Shown one piece after another: positions 39,149 to 59,990 of a DNA stretch of 64,000 nucleotides; position 1 is the stretch's first letter; each line of letters opens with the position of its first letter. This DNA is from Tubiluchus corallicola (lineage: Eukaryota; Animalia; Priapulida), in NCBI GenBank assembly GCA_030141605.1, contig JAQGDQ010000108.1, positions 496,001-560,000 of the forward strand, read 5' to 3'. Made by a program: the position numbers and the translations under genes. Below the pieces are notes generated by a model that saw only the letters and a list, made by a program, of their open reading frames with translations, had not been told where the DNA came from and made no database searches.

Positions 39149-39396
39149 GTACCGTTGTGAAAGCTAGTACAACTGTAGTACGGTTGAGAAAGCTGGTACT
39201 ACTGTAGTACGGTAGGTGAAAGCTGGTACAACTGTAGCATGGTTGTAAAAGTTCGTACAACTGTAGCACGGTTGTGAAAATTGGAGCAACTACAGTACGG
39301 TTGTAAAGGCTGGTACAACTACAGTACGGTTGTGAAAGCTGTACAACTGTAGCACGGTTGTAAAAGTTTGTATAACTGTAGGTTAAAGGTTGTAAA
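39149..39396. repeat. 29-bp minisatellite, ~8.5 copies
   Basis: Unit GTTGTGAAAGCTGGTACAACTGTAGTACG repeated head to tail without spacers. Confidence 0.92.
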
Positions 39397-39689
39397 TTCG
39401 TTATACATGATTGTCATTAAGTCTGTACTATCAGTAAGAGAAACAACGGCAAATATTTTGTGCCTGTTAGAGATAGGTCTGCTGAGAATCAAAATTACGT
39501 AAGAGAAAAACAGCAAAAGTTTCTGAAAAATGATATAAAGAGGTCAAAGTTTCCCAGACGATACTTCTGTATTTATATTAAATCTCTGGCGCGAAAACCA
39601 GAGAACGACGGGTTTCTTGGAAAAATTTAGATAATAATAAAATATTCTTCAAGAGAGACACCTCAGAACAAAATACGTGATCGATTAAG

Positions 39690-39810
39690 AACCACACAAG
39701 GCTTAAAATTTGTACACTATGTGGCAGTGAATCCTACCACCTCTAACCACAGCAAATACTACAAAAGACAGTTTGTACCTGAAACTTACAGATTTGACAC
39801 GTTGCGTAAT
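39690..39810 (+). mobile_element. Non-LTR retrotransposon ORF2 3' fragment
   Basis: KFVHYVAVNPTTSNHSKYYKRQFVPETYRFDTLR parallels TINPRLEVHEVY...VPEVKRLAFTRSR at 53170-53270. Confidence 0.5.
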
Positions 39811-40926
39811 AATGTATTTTTCTGGTTGTAATTTTTGACAATCTTAGCAATTCGTATTAGCTGTTCGTAGATATGACACTGTATAATTAATGAATCGGCG
39901 TGTGTGTGTGCGTGCGTGCGTGTGCGTGTTTGCAAATATTCGTTACTATATTTTACTTGTCATAGTGCTATACTGGCTGGCCGGTAGCGTTTGCGGCGCT
40001 TTGCCATGTATGGGTCTCCCAACCCACATCTGTACACAAGCCATATATAACGTTTCCAAATTGTGAACTTGTGATGTGAGTTAAATAAAAAATAAAAAAG
40101 TTATATATGTTTCGTCATAGAGCCAACCAATGCCAATATGAAGTAAATAATTAAGAAAAATTTAACCACTCCTGAGTTTGTAAAGCATGACAGAAAAGGT
40201 ACTACAAAACTTTAGGCTAAAATTTTTACTGTTTAATTAGCCACGTATTTTGCATTTGAGCTTTGTGTGCCACGTCACATTTTTGTTTCAACTTATTTTG
40301 ACTAAATTCTATGTGTGCTTCACTTAATTTGCGATTAAACGATAAGACTACTAAAAAGTAGTTACAATGCTCCATTGTTACATAATGTGGCTTTTGTTAC
40401 ATAATTAACTTTAAAAAACGTGGCACAATGTTATTTTACATGAGTGTGTGTTCTAGCAATGTTAGCTGTATATGAACTCATATCAATTTCCACAATACCT
40501 TCAAAACAGTAAATTTTCTGGCAAAAAATGTCAGGAAAATAGAATTTTCGCTACCAAACTGAATTGCTAATATTTTACGTTTAATTATGAGGGGATAACG
40601 TCCTCTGTGCTAGTACTAGTAGTAATCTAAGCTAACAGGAATGTAATACAAAATGTTCATTTTTATTTGCCAATTGTTTCGATTTTTAAGACTTTTTAGG
40701 GAGAGCAATTCTCTACGTAATTCGTTTTTGTAAAATTTCTGCACTTGGTTCGACCTGATAAAAGTGGTGTAATGCGGGCCATATAGCAATGAGCTTTCTT
40801 TTGTTGCCCAAATTACGTTGAGTAATACGTGTAATAAGATTTAAACAATCTTAGTGATCAACAACCTCTATTTCGAGGCATTAATTTTGTGTGACTGGGA
40901 TTTGCAGATGAGTTAAAAATGTTTTT

Positions 40927-41072
40927 TTACAAAGTATGATTTAAGTAGCAAATATGACGTGTGTAGTCACAAAGAAACGCTAGTTCGGAAATATAGCAGC
41001 TGTCTCTAAAACATCTTTCCAGTTGCTGTACCATCGTTTCTCGTGTTCTAAGTCTGCGAGACAGTCTCGGAT
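40927..41072 (-). pseudogene. Orphan insulin-family C/A-chain exon (ILP-C) with A7 Cys replaced by Phe
   Basis: Phase-1 acceptor catttcag, then (D)PRLSRRLRTRETMVQQLERCFRDSCYISELAFLCDYTRHICYLNHTL*, i.e. C-F-x3-C-x8-C after a basic cleavage site. Confidence 0.65.
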
Positions 41073-42451
41073 CTGAAATGTAATGGAAAAGTTTAAAATA
41101 AAACCACCTCGCACGATCCTAAACTGGTTGTAACTGCCTACAAATTAATATCATACTAAAAGACGGGATTTATTCTCAGCGGACACAACAATTACTTAAA
41201 CGTAGACAAATTAAATAAAGTGAGCATAAATACATAAATAAAGCAAAGAAGTTTAAAAGTGAAATCAATACACCACTGAGTAAGACTGTCTATGAAATGA
41301 AAATAAGTAAAAGTGGAAATATAAAAATGGGAAAGTAAATTTAAAACATGTTACACAATGAGAATACGTTACGAAATTTTAATTTTTAAAAAACTGTAAT
41401 TGTGTTGTTTTAACACAACTACGGTTTTATTACTTAGCACATTCTCATTTTAACACATTTAAATATTTACTTTTACTTTCGTTCTAGTAGTAAACTCGCA
41501 TAAAAATGAAAACAGTAAGTAGTTGCAAGGAAAAAGATAAGTACAAGTAGTTAACTTATTTATCTATACAAAGATAATTTGCCAAGAAAGGTTGAATAGT
41601 ATCTCTACCCAAGTTTAATTGATGGAAAACCATCTAATTACTATGTGCATTGTACAAACAGAATTTACCCTTGCCGTCAAATTTTCACAAGGTGACCAAG
41701 TTTAGGAGGGGGAAATGTTTAAATTACAACGGAAAAAGTTTTTTCGGCTAATGCGCGGCAACTGTTATCACTATGGGAAGCAAATTTTTTACTGCCCACC
41801 TAGAGTTCAGACCCCTACCTAGGCTTCGCATAGTGGTCGAAATGGTAGGAAAGCACATAGAACAAGTTATGTAGATAAACAAAATATCAAAAGCTTGTGC
41901 AAAAAATTCCTTTTCTTTGTTATGGAAGTACATTTTTTTACATTTTTATTAAGTACATTTGTTATGAAAGTACAAAATAAATACCATGTTTTTAAAAATT
42001 TGAACAAAAATAAAGCATAAAACTTACAACTAATTTTTTCTTACGTGAGGAATATATTATCATACAGTTACATACATCAGGTGGCGCAAAAAATCTGCCT
42101 AAGTTTTCATCATGATAATATAAAAAGAAAATAACGGAATCACTCGAGAATTGTCACATTGATTTTACAGTTACATATGCTTACGCATAAACATAAAAAA
42201 TTTTAGGTCATACCCTTACATTTTTCCACAGATACTGAAGTTTTATGTTAATAAGTCATAAAATAAATGTCGGAAAAAATTTCACATGTTACTGTTATTA
42301 AAGTATGTAGCAAGTGCTTTATGTGCCCACCATCTTAACAGCCTATACAACTCAAATGACAATGGGGGTCTTTTAACACGTTATTAAAATTATAGTTATT
42401 TTGCTGTAAACCGATTTTACAGATTAAATAATTAACGATGTTATTTCCTAT

Positions 42452-42653
42452 TTAGAACGCGTACATTGACGTAAAGGCCATAATGTTTCCCGGCATTGGC
42501 GCGAGTGCACGAAGCTTTGCATAAATTTCGTCCTCAAATGTGAAGCAAATTTGCCGAATTCTTTTACTCAGGTCCTGGTTGTGGCAGAACTACATTGGGA
42601 CAGCAGAAAACTGTAAATAGCATTCAAAACACGAAAGAATATAATTGAGCCAT
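42452..42653 (-). pseudogene. Candidate decayed signal + B-chain exon of ILP-C
   Basis: MAQLYSFVF*MLFTVFCC (signal-like, with a stop) and, in another frame, *FCHNQDLSKRIRQICF (Cx12C, B-chain-like), ~1.4 kb upstream of the orphan A-chain exon. Confidence 0.4.
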
Positions 42654-43849
42654 TCACGCAAAATGTTACAAAATGATGTCTTCGGCAATTTTATGAAACT
42701 TTGCACCATCAAATTACACGTATCATCTGTCTTTACTCTTGATTTGTGTTACCTGTTAGCAGAATAAACAAATTTGAGGAATTACAACTACAGCATGTTC
42801 GCATTAGTTGGACTTGAAATATGAAAGCAGAAATTCCTTGAAAATTTCCATGACCGGGACTGTCTATTGCACCACCAACTTGTCAAACTGATCTTGTAAC
42901 GGAAAAAGTAATAAACTTTCAACATTTTTGTGTTTGTGATTAGCCTACATTTAGGGCATAGCTGACATTCATACGCTACTTCAAGTAGGCAACTTTTTAT
43001 AGAACAATCAGCAAATGTATACTAATGTCTATAGAAAAATTGTCCACAACTGGGAATTTGATTAAAACTTTTATTGGTACTGGAGGTCTCTGAAAATGAA
43101 CACCATAATGCACCAGCATATGTCTGACAATCACATCCTGGCTAACCAGTGTGCAGACGAATTTTGGTTACTGCCTTTAGCTATTTTATTTTTGCAGGAA
43201 ATGAAATATAACAATATTTGTGTACATCTATTAGGTTTTTGTTACCAGGAAATGCATAATTTGTAAACAGCACCATTAGCATCTTAGTTTATGTGATGTT
43301 TACAAGTAGTTGTTAGGACTTGCCGACTTAGTAGTAAAATTTAGTAGTAAATAGGAGTTGTTTGCTTTAAAGGTACTGTAGCAAATTTAGTACTCGTACG
43401 AAAGTTGTCCCGGTTTATGGACGTTCTGTCCCGGTTAAGGAGAAACATTATATGTAAAAGCATATATGTAAATACTAGCCATAGACACGAATAAATAGGA
43501 AGAAAGCCGTGCACTAATAGTCGAGCCGTTATTCAGCTTCACCAAAAATTTTTTATGAATTTACATTATTTTCAAAAACATTTATAATAATAGCTATAAA
43601 GTGCAGGTCCCTAGCTTATTATAAACAAGGTGGTACCACTGAAGGCTGAAAGCTAGGTAGTACGAGCTCACACATTAAGCAGTGCCGAAGTCGCTTATAA
43701 GCTAAATACGTATCTAATCAAGTTTCTAGCTTAGCTAGAAATGCATAAATGTTTCAAGCAGCCCAAATTATGCAACCGCCCAACAACGGATTCCACTTAC
43801 AGTATTGATTAGTGACTTGCAATAGAGTTTCAATTTAAGCCCACCATAA

Positions 43850-44095
43850 GCCTTGCAAACTAGAGGCAACACTCAACGTGACTCAGTAACAAAGTCTATG
43901 GATAGCTGTGGCGATCCAGGGGCGACCTTCTAAGATAAGTCATGTTCAAATAAGAAAACCACCACCCATCGACGAACAAACAGCCAGAATGGTGAATGAA
44001 ACCTCCAAGACAAAGTACTGAACCGGCAGTCACCCATCCATTCACTGAATAGCTTCGGCGTTGCTTAACTTCAGTCACGAAGCACTGACCATGAC
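43850..44095 (-). mobile_element. 5S rRNA-derived SINE-like element
   Basis: Minus strand GAAGTTAAGCAACGCCGAAGCTATTCAGTGAATGGATGGGTGACTG matches the 5S internal promoter region (box A to box C), then continues into non-5S body sequence. Confidence 0.65.
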
Positions 44096-44269
44096 ATTTG
44101 GCTTTTTTCTTCATTCCAGAATTGTTCATTTAAAACCATTTTTTGGTTTTTCAGCTATAAACCTTTCTGTGCAATTATTAATTGTTGTTTTTCACATTAT
44201 TATTAACGTCATCATAATTTTCATCCTGAACGTCATTATCATTATCGCTCATTATTATCTTGTGCATGC

Positions 44270-45062
44270 AAGTGATTCAATTACATACCTAGGAGTATTT
44301 CTTGATCATAAGAACCATGTCAAATCTAAACGCAAAGAAGCAGTATTTAATCTACATCGTATTACCAATCTCAATTTTTTTTGTTTAGTGATTCTATGAA
44401 ATGTTCAATGTATGGACTTGTGTTATCTCATTTTGATTATACATGTACCAGTTTTTTATTCACTGGGCTGCCATCCAGCCTGTGCAGCGCCTTCAGAATT
44501 TTGCACCAAAGGTTGCTATAATAGTGCTGCTGCTTTTATGTTTTACTTACACTGGTTACCGATTAGAATTAGGTTTATATATAAGCTGTTTGTTCTCACA
44601 AACAAAGCTTTACCCGGACTGTCTCCTGTCTACTTGTCCAACAGGATACATAGAGAAGCAAATACTGTAGACATACACGCGTGATTAGATCTCCCCATAA
44701 TGAACTTTTGGTACCTTTTAATAAAAAAAGACGTTTGGCAACCTTCGAATTTCTGTATCGTATCAAAATACTGGAATTCTTTGCCTCAATACCTCAGAAC
44801 TGTTTTTACTGTGCAACTATTTAAAAAACCATTGCAGACTCATCTCTTTAAAAATTGTTATAATCAATTCCAACTGTTGTGAATTTCAGTAATAACCTCT
44901 TTTTTACCATAATTTTGTTTTACAAGCAATTTGTGTGTTTTGTGCAAAATTTCTAATAATGTTATTAGTGTTACATTTTCTTAATTATGCAATTGTAACC
45001 ATAATATTTTACTGTACAGCGCCATGGAAAGCGTTTTGCTTAAACGTGCGCTTTATAAAATA
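44270..45062 (+). mobile_element. L2/CR1-group LINE 3' remnant
   Basis: Frameshifted motifs YLGVFLD, VQRLQNFA, LHWLPIRIRFIYKL, LSPVYLS and YWNSLPQYLR...FKKPLQTHLF; L2-like 3' tail TGTACAGCGCC...GCGCTTTATAAA. Confidence 0.88.
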
Positions 45063-45844
45063 TGTTTTGTTCATATCTTATTTTATTATTATCAACGTCA
45101 TCTTATGTTGCCAAACACTAAAACCAGATAAAAACTTGCTATTATTTTCTAGTTAGAATTATTTATAATACAAATAGGCGTGGAGGGTATCATATACGTC
45201 TAATTTTTCAGCACTTTTGCCGCTGTGATTACGTTTAAAATATATTTCTCATGTTCGAGGATTGTGCAGTAAAAGACAAGTGTATAAAAATTATATGAAA
45301 GTCGAATTGAATACTACAATCTCTTAATAATGGTTACTGGAAATATAATGTAATATTCGAGTTACTGCCTAATACTAGTGATAAGACCAGACATTGCATT
45401 CAACCGCCGTCTAGCAATGAAGAAAGTAAGTATGATGATTGCCACTTTAAGTAAGATTTCATCAGACGAGGACGTTTATCACTTTACCAAATTGCAGAAG
45501 AATGGCGTTTCTTTAGTAGCTGACAGACTGCTGTAACTATGAGAATATTTTAACGATTCTCCATCCAACCAATCAGCGTCCATCCATCTAACATAGAACG
45601 GGTGTGGATCTATTACCAGTTCACCTGTAATTAGCCATAGCGTAATAGGCATTGTAATGAGGGCTGCGCGAGTCAGCACGACAATGCCCACGCTATTCGG
45701 ATCATACCATCTGAGTAACCAAGCTAAGCTAATTTTTACATTTACAACATTTTTTCAAGATCACTAATTAGTAATCTCGTTCTCGGGCTTCCTTTTTAAT
45801 AATAACTAGGATTTGCAATTACGAGCGACGAATTAGGTTTCTAT

Positions 45845-46878
45845 TCAATAGCAGAACCCCATAAGTTCATATAGTGAACAGCCAATGTGGCAGCATTTCT
45901 TGATTAGGCGGGAATTGCTTCGTGTGCGTCTCCAACTTCTGCCGGACAGCCCTCTGAGCCCAGGCTCTGAAACGCATTTAAAAAATTCAAAATAAAACCA
46001 TTTCAAACCATCTCAACGTAAACGCCTACAAATTAGCATCAAACGAAAAAAATGATGTGATTCTTTATTAGCAGAATTACACGACAAATACAAAGGGTAA
46101 ATAAAGCAGAAGTAGTTGAATAGTGTAAATTAACTGGAAACGACGCTCAATAAATTTGTCTAAAATAAGTGGCAAAGCTGCAAGAGGCTTCGAAAAGAAC
46201 CATGAAGTCAGGCACGCGTGGCTGAATTTTCGGTTTTGACACGGTTCTCACGAGAACGACATTATTTTGATGAGTCGAAACAGTGATTTTTGTTCGTTTT
46301 TATCTTTTCTACTTTTTCTTTATATCTTTTACACCATGTGGTATTTTGTGACAGTTTCTCTTGATGTTTCATAGGCAGTCCTTGATGCATCTTCAGCTTT
46401 GACCTAAGGTGTCGATTGCCATTGCAATCCTCTAGCCCTAAATGCATCTGATATTCAGAAAACTAACTCTTTTAGTAATCGTGTCATTCGCAAAACTGCA
46501 AAACTGCAAAACTCCAAACCGCAATAAGCCTTACAAACATTCAAAGTCACATATATAACCAAAGTTAATAGCAATAGTACTAGCCGCTTTAGCTGAATAA
46601 TTTGTTGAAGAAATGAGTAACGTCAAAATACGTGCAGGCTTATGGATATGCGGACGCAGATTGTACTTGCTAACAGTTTCGAAAGGCTTACCTGATAATG
46701 CTTCCAAGTCGTCGCCATCGATTTCTAAGGAACGTTCGTTTCTTGATGTCAGTGAACAAACTTTGTAGATGGCTCTCGGCAAGTCACCTCCACACAACTT
46801 AGCTGCGTTGTTCTTTCTGGGCAAGGCAACCATAATAAATGTGGTCACTAGTGTGATGATTTTTATAGAAACTGACAT
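45845..46878 (-). CDS. Insulin/relaxin-like peptide ILP-A, intact 102-aa precursor
   Basis: Exons 46878-46692 and 45966-45845 joined by a phase-1 GT-AG intron in the C peptide: MSVSIKIITLVTTFIMVALPRKNNAAKLCGGDLPRAIYKVCSLTSRNERSLEIDGDDLEALSEPGLRGLSGRSWRRTRSNSRLIKKCCHIGCSLYELMGFCY*. Canonical B Cx11C and A CCx3Cx8C. Confidence 0.95.
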
Positions 46879-47129
46879 CTGTAAATAAATATTTACTGTT
46901 ATACTTACACGGAGCAGCCTAAATAATTAATAGTGTGTTGTCATCGATAACATTAAACAGCTTTATTTTACTTTCTTCGCCAATCAAATTTAAATAATAA
47001 ATAGCTAACCCTTTTGAAAAACAAACACAATGTCAGAACTGTGATTTGGAATGAACCGTCGCAGAAGCATATTATGAAACAGAAAATTCTATAACTTTTG
47101 AATGCAACGTTTTTTATTGTGATGCATAG

Positions 47130-47530
47130 TAACAATATTAGACCAGAACTCGAAAATTTGAACTAACAGCTACCAAAGACTCAAATTCACAACTCACCTT
47201 TCCATACTAAAAACTTGCCGATATAAGATCAAACTTAATGTTAACAATTTAATCCCGAAATTTAATCGTAGATAATGTCGAAAGTATGCCACGTACAGGC
47301 CTGCGTAAACAGCAGAATCTGCATTAAAAATCAATTTTACAAATTATGAGATAAATAAACTTTACCGTTTCGTCAACTCACTGGTCATTTCTTACTCCAC
47401 TGCTGTTTTTTCTCACTTTGTTCTCGCTTTCTCTTTCTCTCTCTCTCTCACTCTCTCTCTCAGTCGCTCCTGTTTCTCTCTCTTTGCTTCTGTCTTTCTC
47501 TCTTGGCATCTGTCTCTCATCCTTTTTTCC
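47130..47530 (-). pseudogene. Decayed duplicate of sulfotransferase exon 7 and its flanking intron sequence
   Basis: 47198-47318 (TCTGCTGTTTACGCAGGCCTGTACGTGGCATACTTTCGACATTATCTACGA) matches 49907-50060 (GCTGCTGTTTACGCCGGCCTGTATGTGGCATATCTTCGACATTTTCTACGA). The flanks and the CT-rich tract also match. Indels break the frame. Confidence 0.9.
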
Positions 47531-47759
47531 TAAAAGCCCTACAGAGTCTGTATTCCAACATCCCTGGTTGAAATCCGTGCTCAATTCCATGCACTGTATC
47601 TGTTCCGTTGGTGTTTTGCAAAATATTTATGCGGCCGTAAACGAATCTTCGCTTAACAATTTGTTAATTACAACGGCATAAGTACAGTGTAATTAATAGG
47701 ATAGTTAGTTAATTAGTGATTTAGTAAGCCGCTACAGCTTTTACAGTACGGCACTTTTA

Positions 47760-48035
47760 AGGTAGAATAGAATAGGATACAGCGCTCAATGGCTGCCTAA
47801 TGTCTGTTTCCGATTGTAGCAACCTCGGAAGCTAGCTCATTATGAAAACGATCCTCAATGGTAGGACCTTGAACACATCTTTCCTCAATGAGGTCAACAA
47901 GCTGAATCAGTACGGCGTACAGCGTACGGTGTAATGAATGAAACGTCTGATGGTCATTATTATCTATTTACTGACAATCCGAGGATTTGTTGTACTTCGA
48001 ACTTGCTATGCACTAGCTTTGACCACTCTGCTATT
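47760..48035 (-). mobile_element. Degenerate tRNA-derived SINE-like element
   Basis: A-box-like TAGCAGAGTGG head on the minus strand; tail ATTGAGCGCTGTATCC followed by a short TATTC repeat. Confidence 0.45.
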
Positions 48036-49467
48036 CCTCGCTCCAAAGACGTTTATTTCAAAAATGTTTTTGGTTTGTCACTATTAGCAATGTTTCACCA
48101 TTAGCAATTGGTACTGCTACTCAAATTATCTAGTTTTCACCACTATGAATATCTTCACTATTTTCATCGTGATCAAAAACGTCCTGTTATTTTGTTTATA
48201 ATAAGAGGTCGGGTGTTGATAGTAGACTATTTTTAGTATTATTGTCGTTTTCATTACAGTATCATGTAAAATACCTCTTACTTGTCAATATATTGTACGG
48301 TACTAGTCAAAAACAAGTGTATAAGAATTATGTGAATGTCCTTCTGGACGTTACATGCTCTTTGTTTTATTGAGAAAATAACATTAGTAGCAGTTATGTT
48401 CTGTTCGAGTTCCTGTATAATATTATATGATTGGACCAGACACTGCATTCTAGTGCCATCTAACAATGAAGCTAGTAAATATACCAAGCTGCCAAATATT
48501 AATAAGTAATATTCAACAGGAAATGATTGTTTATCATTAATTTTTACTAGACTACATAAAGCAATAAAACTAAGAAATATTACAAAGCATGAATACTAGT
48601 TTGCCTTTATACAAAATATATTACAGTAAACACATGGAATGAGCTTTATTAATAGCATTAGCAAAGACACAGCATAACTTTGTGCACAATTGAAATCGTG
48701 TCGAGTAGTTCTGCAGAGTCTTCAGCAAATGCAAGAGACATTAACCAAGTAAATTAGACATTTTAAAAATTTAAAGAAAGTACAGTAATTGAATATAGGT
48801 ATTACCCCAGACACTCATTTATTAAAGATGTTTACGCACAAAGGCATCTAAAATGAAGTTATTTATTGCAAGAAATTCCTAATTTTATTTTGCGCTTGAA
48901 GTCCGGGTACTATTCACTTTCCAAAACCTTTTTGGCATTGTATACTTATGCTTTGTCTATCTATTTACAGATTCACATATCATGTTATTGTATATCACAC
49001 AGTAATATAGTAATCAATATACACTTATAATCAGCATTGTGACATACTATGCTGACAAATAATTTATAATAATGTTTTTCTACAGAAATATTTGTATGAC
49101 TGTACAGAATAACTGTACAGATATAATAGCAAAAACCCACGGCTTTTCAGAACCTTTTGGAACTACGTTAACTATATACACACAGTAGTTATTGAATAAA
49201 CATCCAATATACAATGACCTATATTAGAATGATACCAAAAGCTTGAGTTATATTAAACAAAATATTCAGAATAAATATAAATTTTTAGCAACCGTCATAA
49301 TTAAACAAGAAGCCGAGGTGTCGGAAGTGAGGTGAGGTAAATTTAAAAAAGTATTAAAATAGAATGTTTTAACCCATTAGAATCTGTTTATTTTTGTAAT
49401 GTAATTCCAGGATTATTCACATAATGATTGTTAAGTTGGTCAAATATTAAAACGATGAATAGTTTGA

Positions 49468-58459
<8,992 letters not shown>

Positions 58460-58954
58460 CACGAGTTATTTAGTTTTTTTCGATTTCAAACTTGCTGCTT
58501 ACCTTCCTTCACAAAGTATTCACTCGTATCCTCTTTACAGAGGTCTGTCTTTACATATGCCTTGTTTTCAGAAGTTTGCACACTCTTGCACATGTGATTG
58601 TCAACAACTGTGCTAATTTATATCCAAACCAGATTAACAAAGGAACTCTCTACAAAACCCAAAATCATTTTGAACGGGAAATGCTGTGTGTTTAGTGATA
58701 ACGCATTAAAAGTCACCCTTCCAGTATCTGTCTGCACAGTAATGTATGTATGTCACGAAGTCAATTATGGTCATTTAGTAACAGAATTTCTGCAGGGCAT
58801 TATGACCACTGTCCACCACTCTTAAATCTTAATAAAAGTTTAGGTCATTGGTCTTAATTATTTAATTAGCTTGTCATTTTCCGGCTTGTATGTAATGTTT
58901 ATCGGTCCCCGTAGTACAAGGTTTCAACCATCTGTAAATGAGTGAAAATATGTA

Positions 58955-59120
58955 TAGTAGTGATGGTGATGATGGTGGTAATGACAGCAATAGTCATGGT
59001 AATAGCCAAGGTCGTTGTCGTCGTAGTTGCTGTTGTTGCTGTTGCTGTTGCTGTTGCAAACAAACGTTTGCCATCGTTGCATCATGTCATCATTGCATCG
59101 TAGGTGTTGCTTGTTGTTGC
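58955..59120. repeat. Degenerate trinucleotide tract (GAT/GTT/GCT)
   Basis: Period-3 low complexity producing poly-C/H spurious ORFs. Confidence 0.8.
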
Positions 59121-59559
59121 TTACGCGAGTGAAATGTAGTAAACTCTTTATAATCAAGGCTTTGATAATCTAAACTTTGGATAAGATTAGATTAATTGTT
59201 TTTCATAATTATGTTTATTTACTTGTATTAACTTGTTATTAAAAGTTAGTGGTAGTGGATCGTTTTTTCTATGTTTTAATGTTATCCAACGTTGATCAGT
59301 CACTTGTTCAATTTTGACTATAAATCATACCTCTGTACTTGTTTTGACGCACCTACGATACGAAACATTTAAAATTTACTTTCAAAAACAAGTTTAAAAA
59401 TGAAACGTGTATTCTATGATCATAAAATCGTAATAGTCATCAATGGATTGCTGCTCAATTGGGAAATAGTAGTCATTTTTTCGGCAATTTATTTTTGTAT
59501 GTTAATGCGATTTAAAATGGCAGATATTTAGTTAAATAGTTTTTTTGGGGTTTACGGCT

Positions 59560-59990
59560 GCCTGGTTGCTTGGTTTGTTGGCTGGCTGGCTGTTTGTTCG
59601 TTTAATTAGTTAACTGCGTGTTTAGTTTGATGATTACTTCCTTGGTTGACTGATTGGCTTGGTTGGTTGGTTGGTTGGTTTGTTGGTTGGTTAGTTGGTT
59701 TGTTTGTTTGTTTGTTGGTTGGTTGGTTGGTTGGTTGGTTGGTTGGTTTGTTGGTTGGTTGGTTGGTTGGTTGGTTGGTTGGTTGGTTGGTTGGTTGGTT
59801 GGTTGGTTGGTTGGTTGGTTACTTGATTGGTTAATTAAGTGGTATGCACGCTTGCTGGCTAGCTGGCTGGTTGGTTGGTTGGCTTGTTGGTTGTTGCTTG
59901 TTTGCTTGTTACTTGATTACTTAGTTAAAGTAGTTTGCTCGACTGTACATTTATTCAATTGTTCGTTTGTTTATTTGTTTATTTGTTAGT
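59560..59990. repeat. (TTGG)n tetranucleotide microsatellite with degenerate flanks
   Basis: Core TTGG run at ~59655-59820. Confidence 0.97.

Noticed and set aside
39149-39396. CRISPR-like array (29-bp partly palindromic repeats)
   Set aside because: The units abut with no unique spacers, there are no cas genes, and the context is eukaryotic.
44025-44075. Functional 5S rRNA gene
   Set aside because: Only the internal ~50 nt match; the 5' and 3' stems and terminator are absent.
59646-59989. Hydrophobic WLVG-repeat ORFs resembling a membrane protein
   Set aside because: Translation of a (TTGG)n microsatellite.
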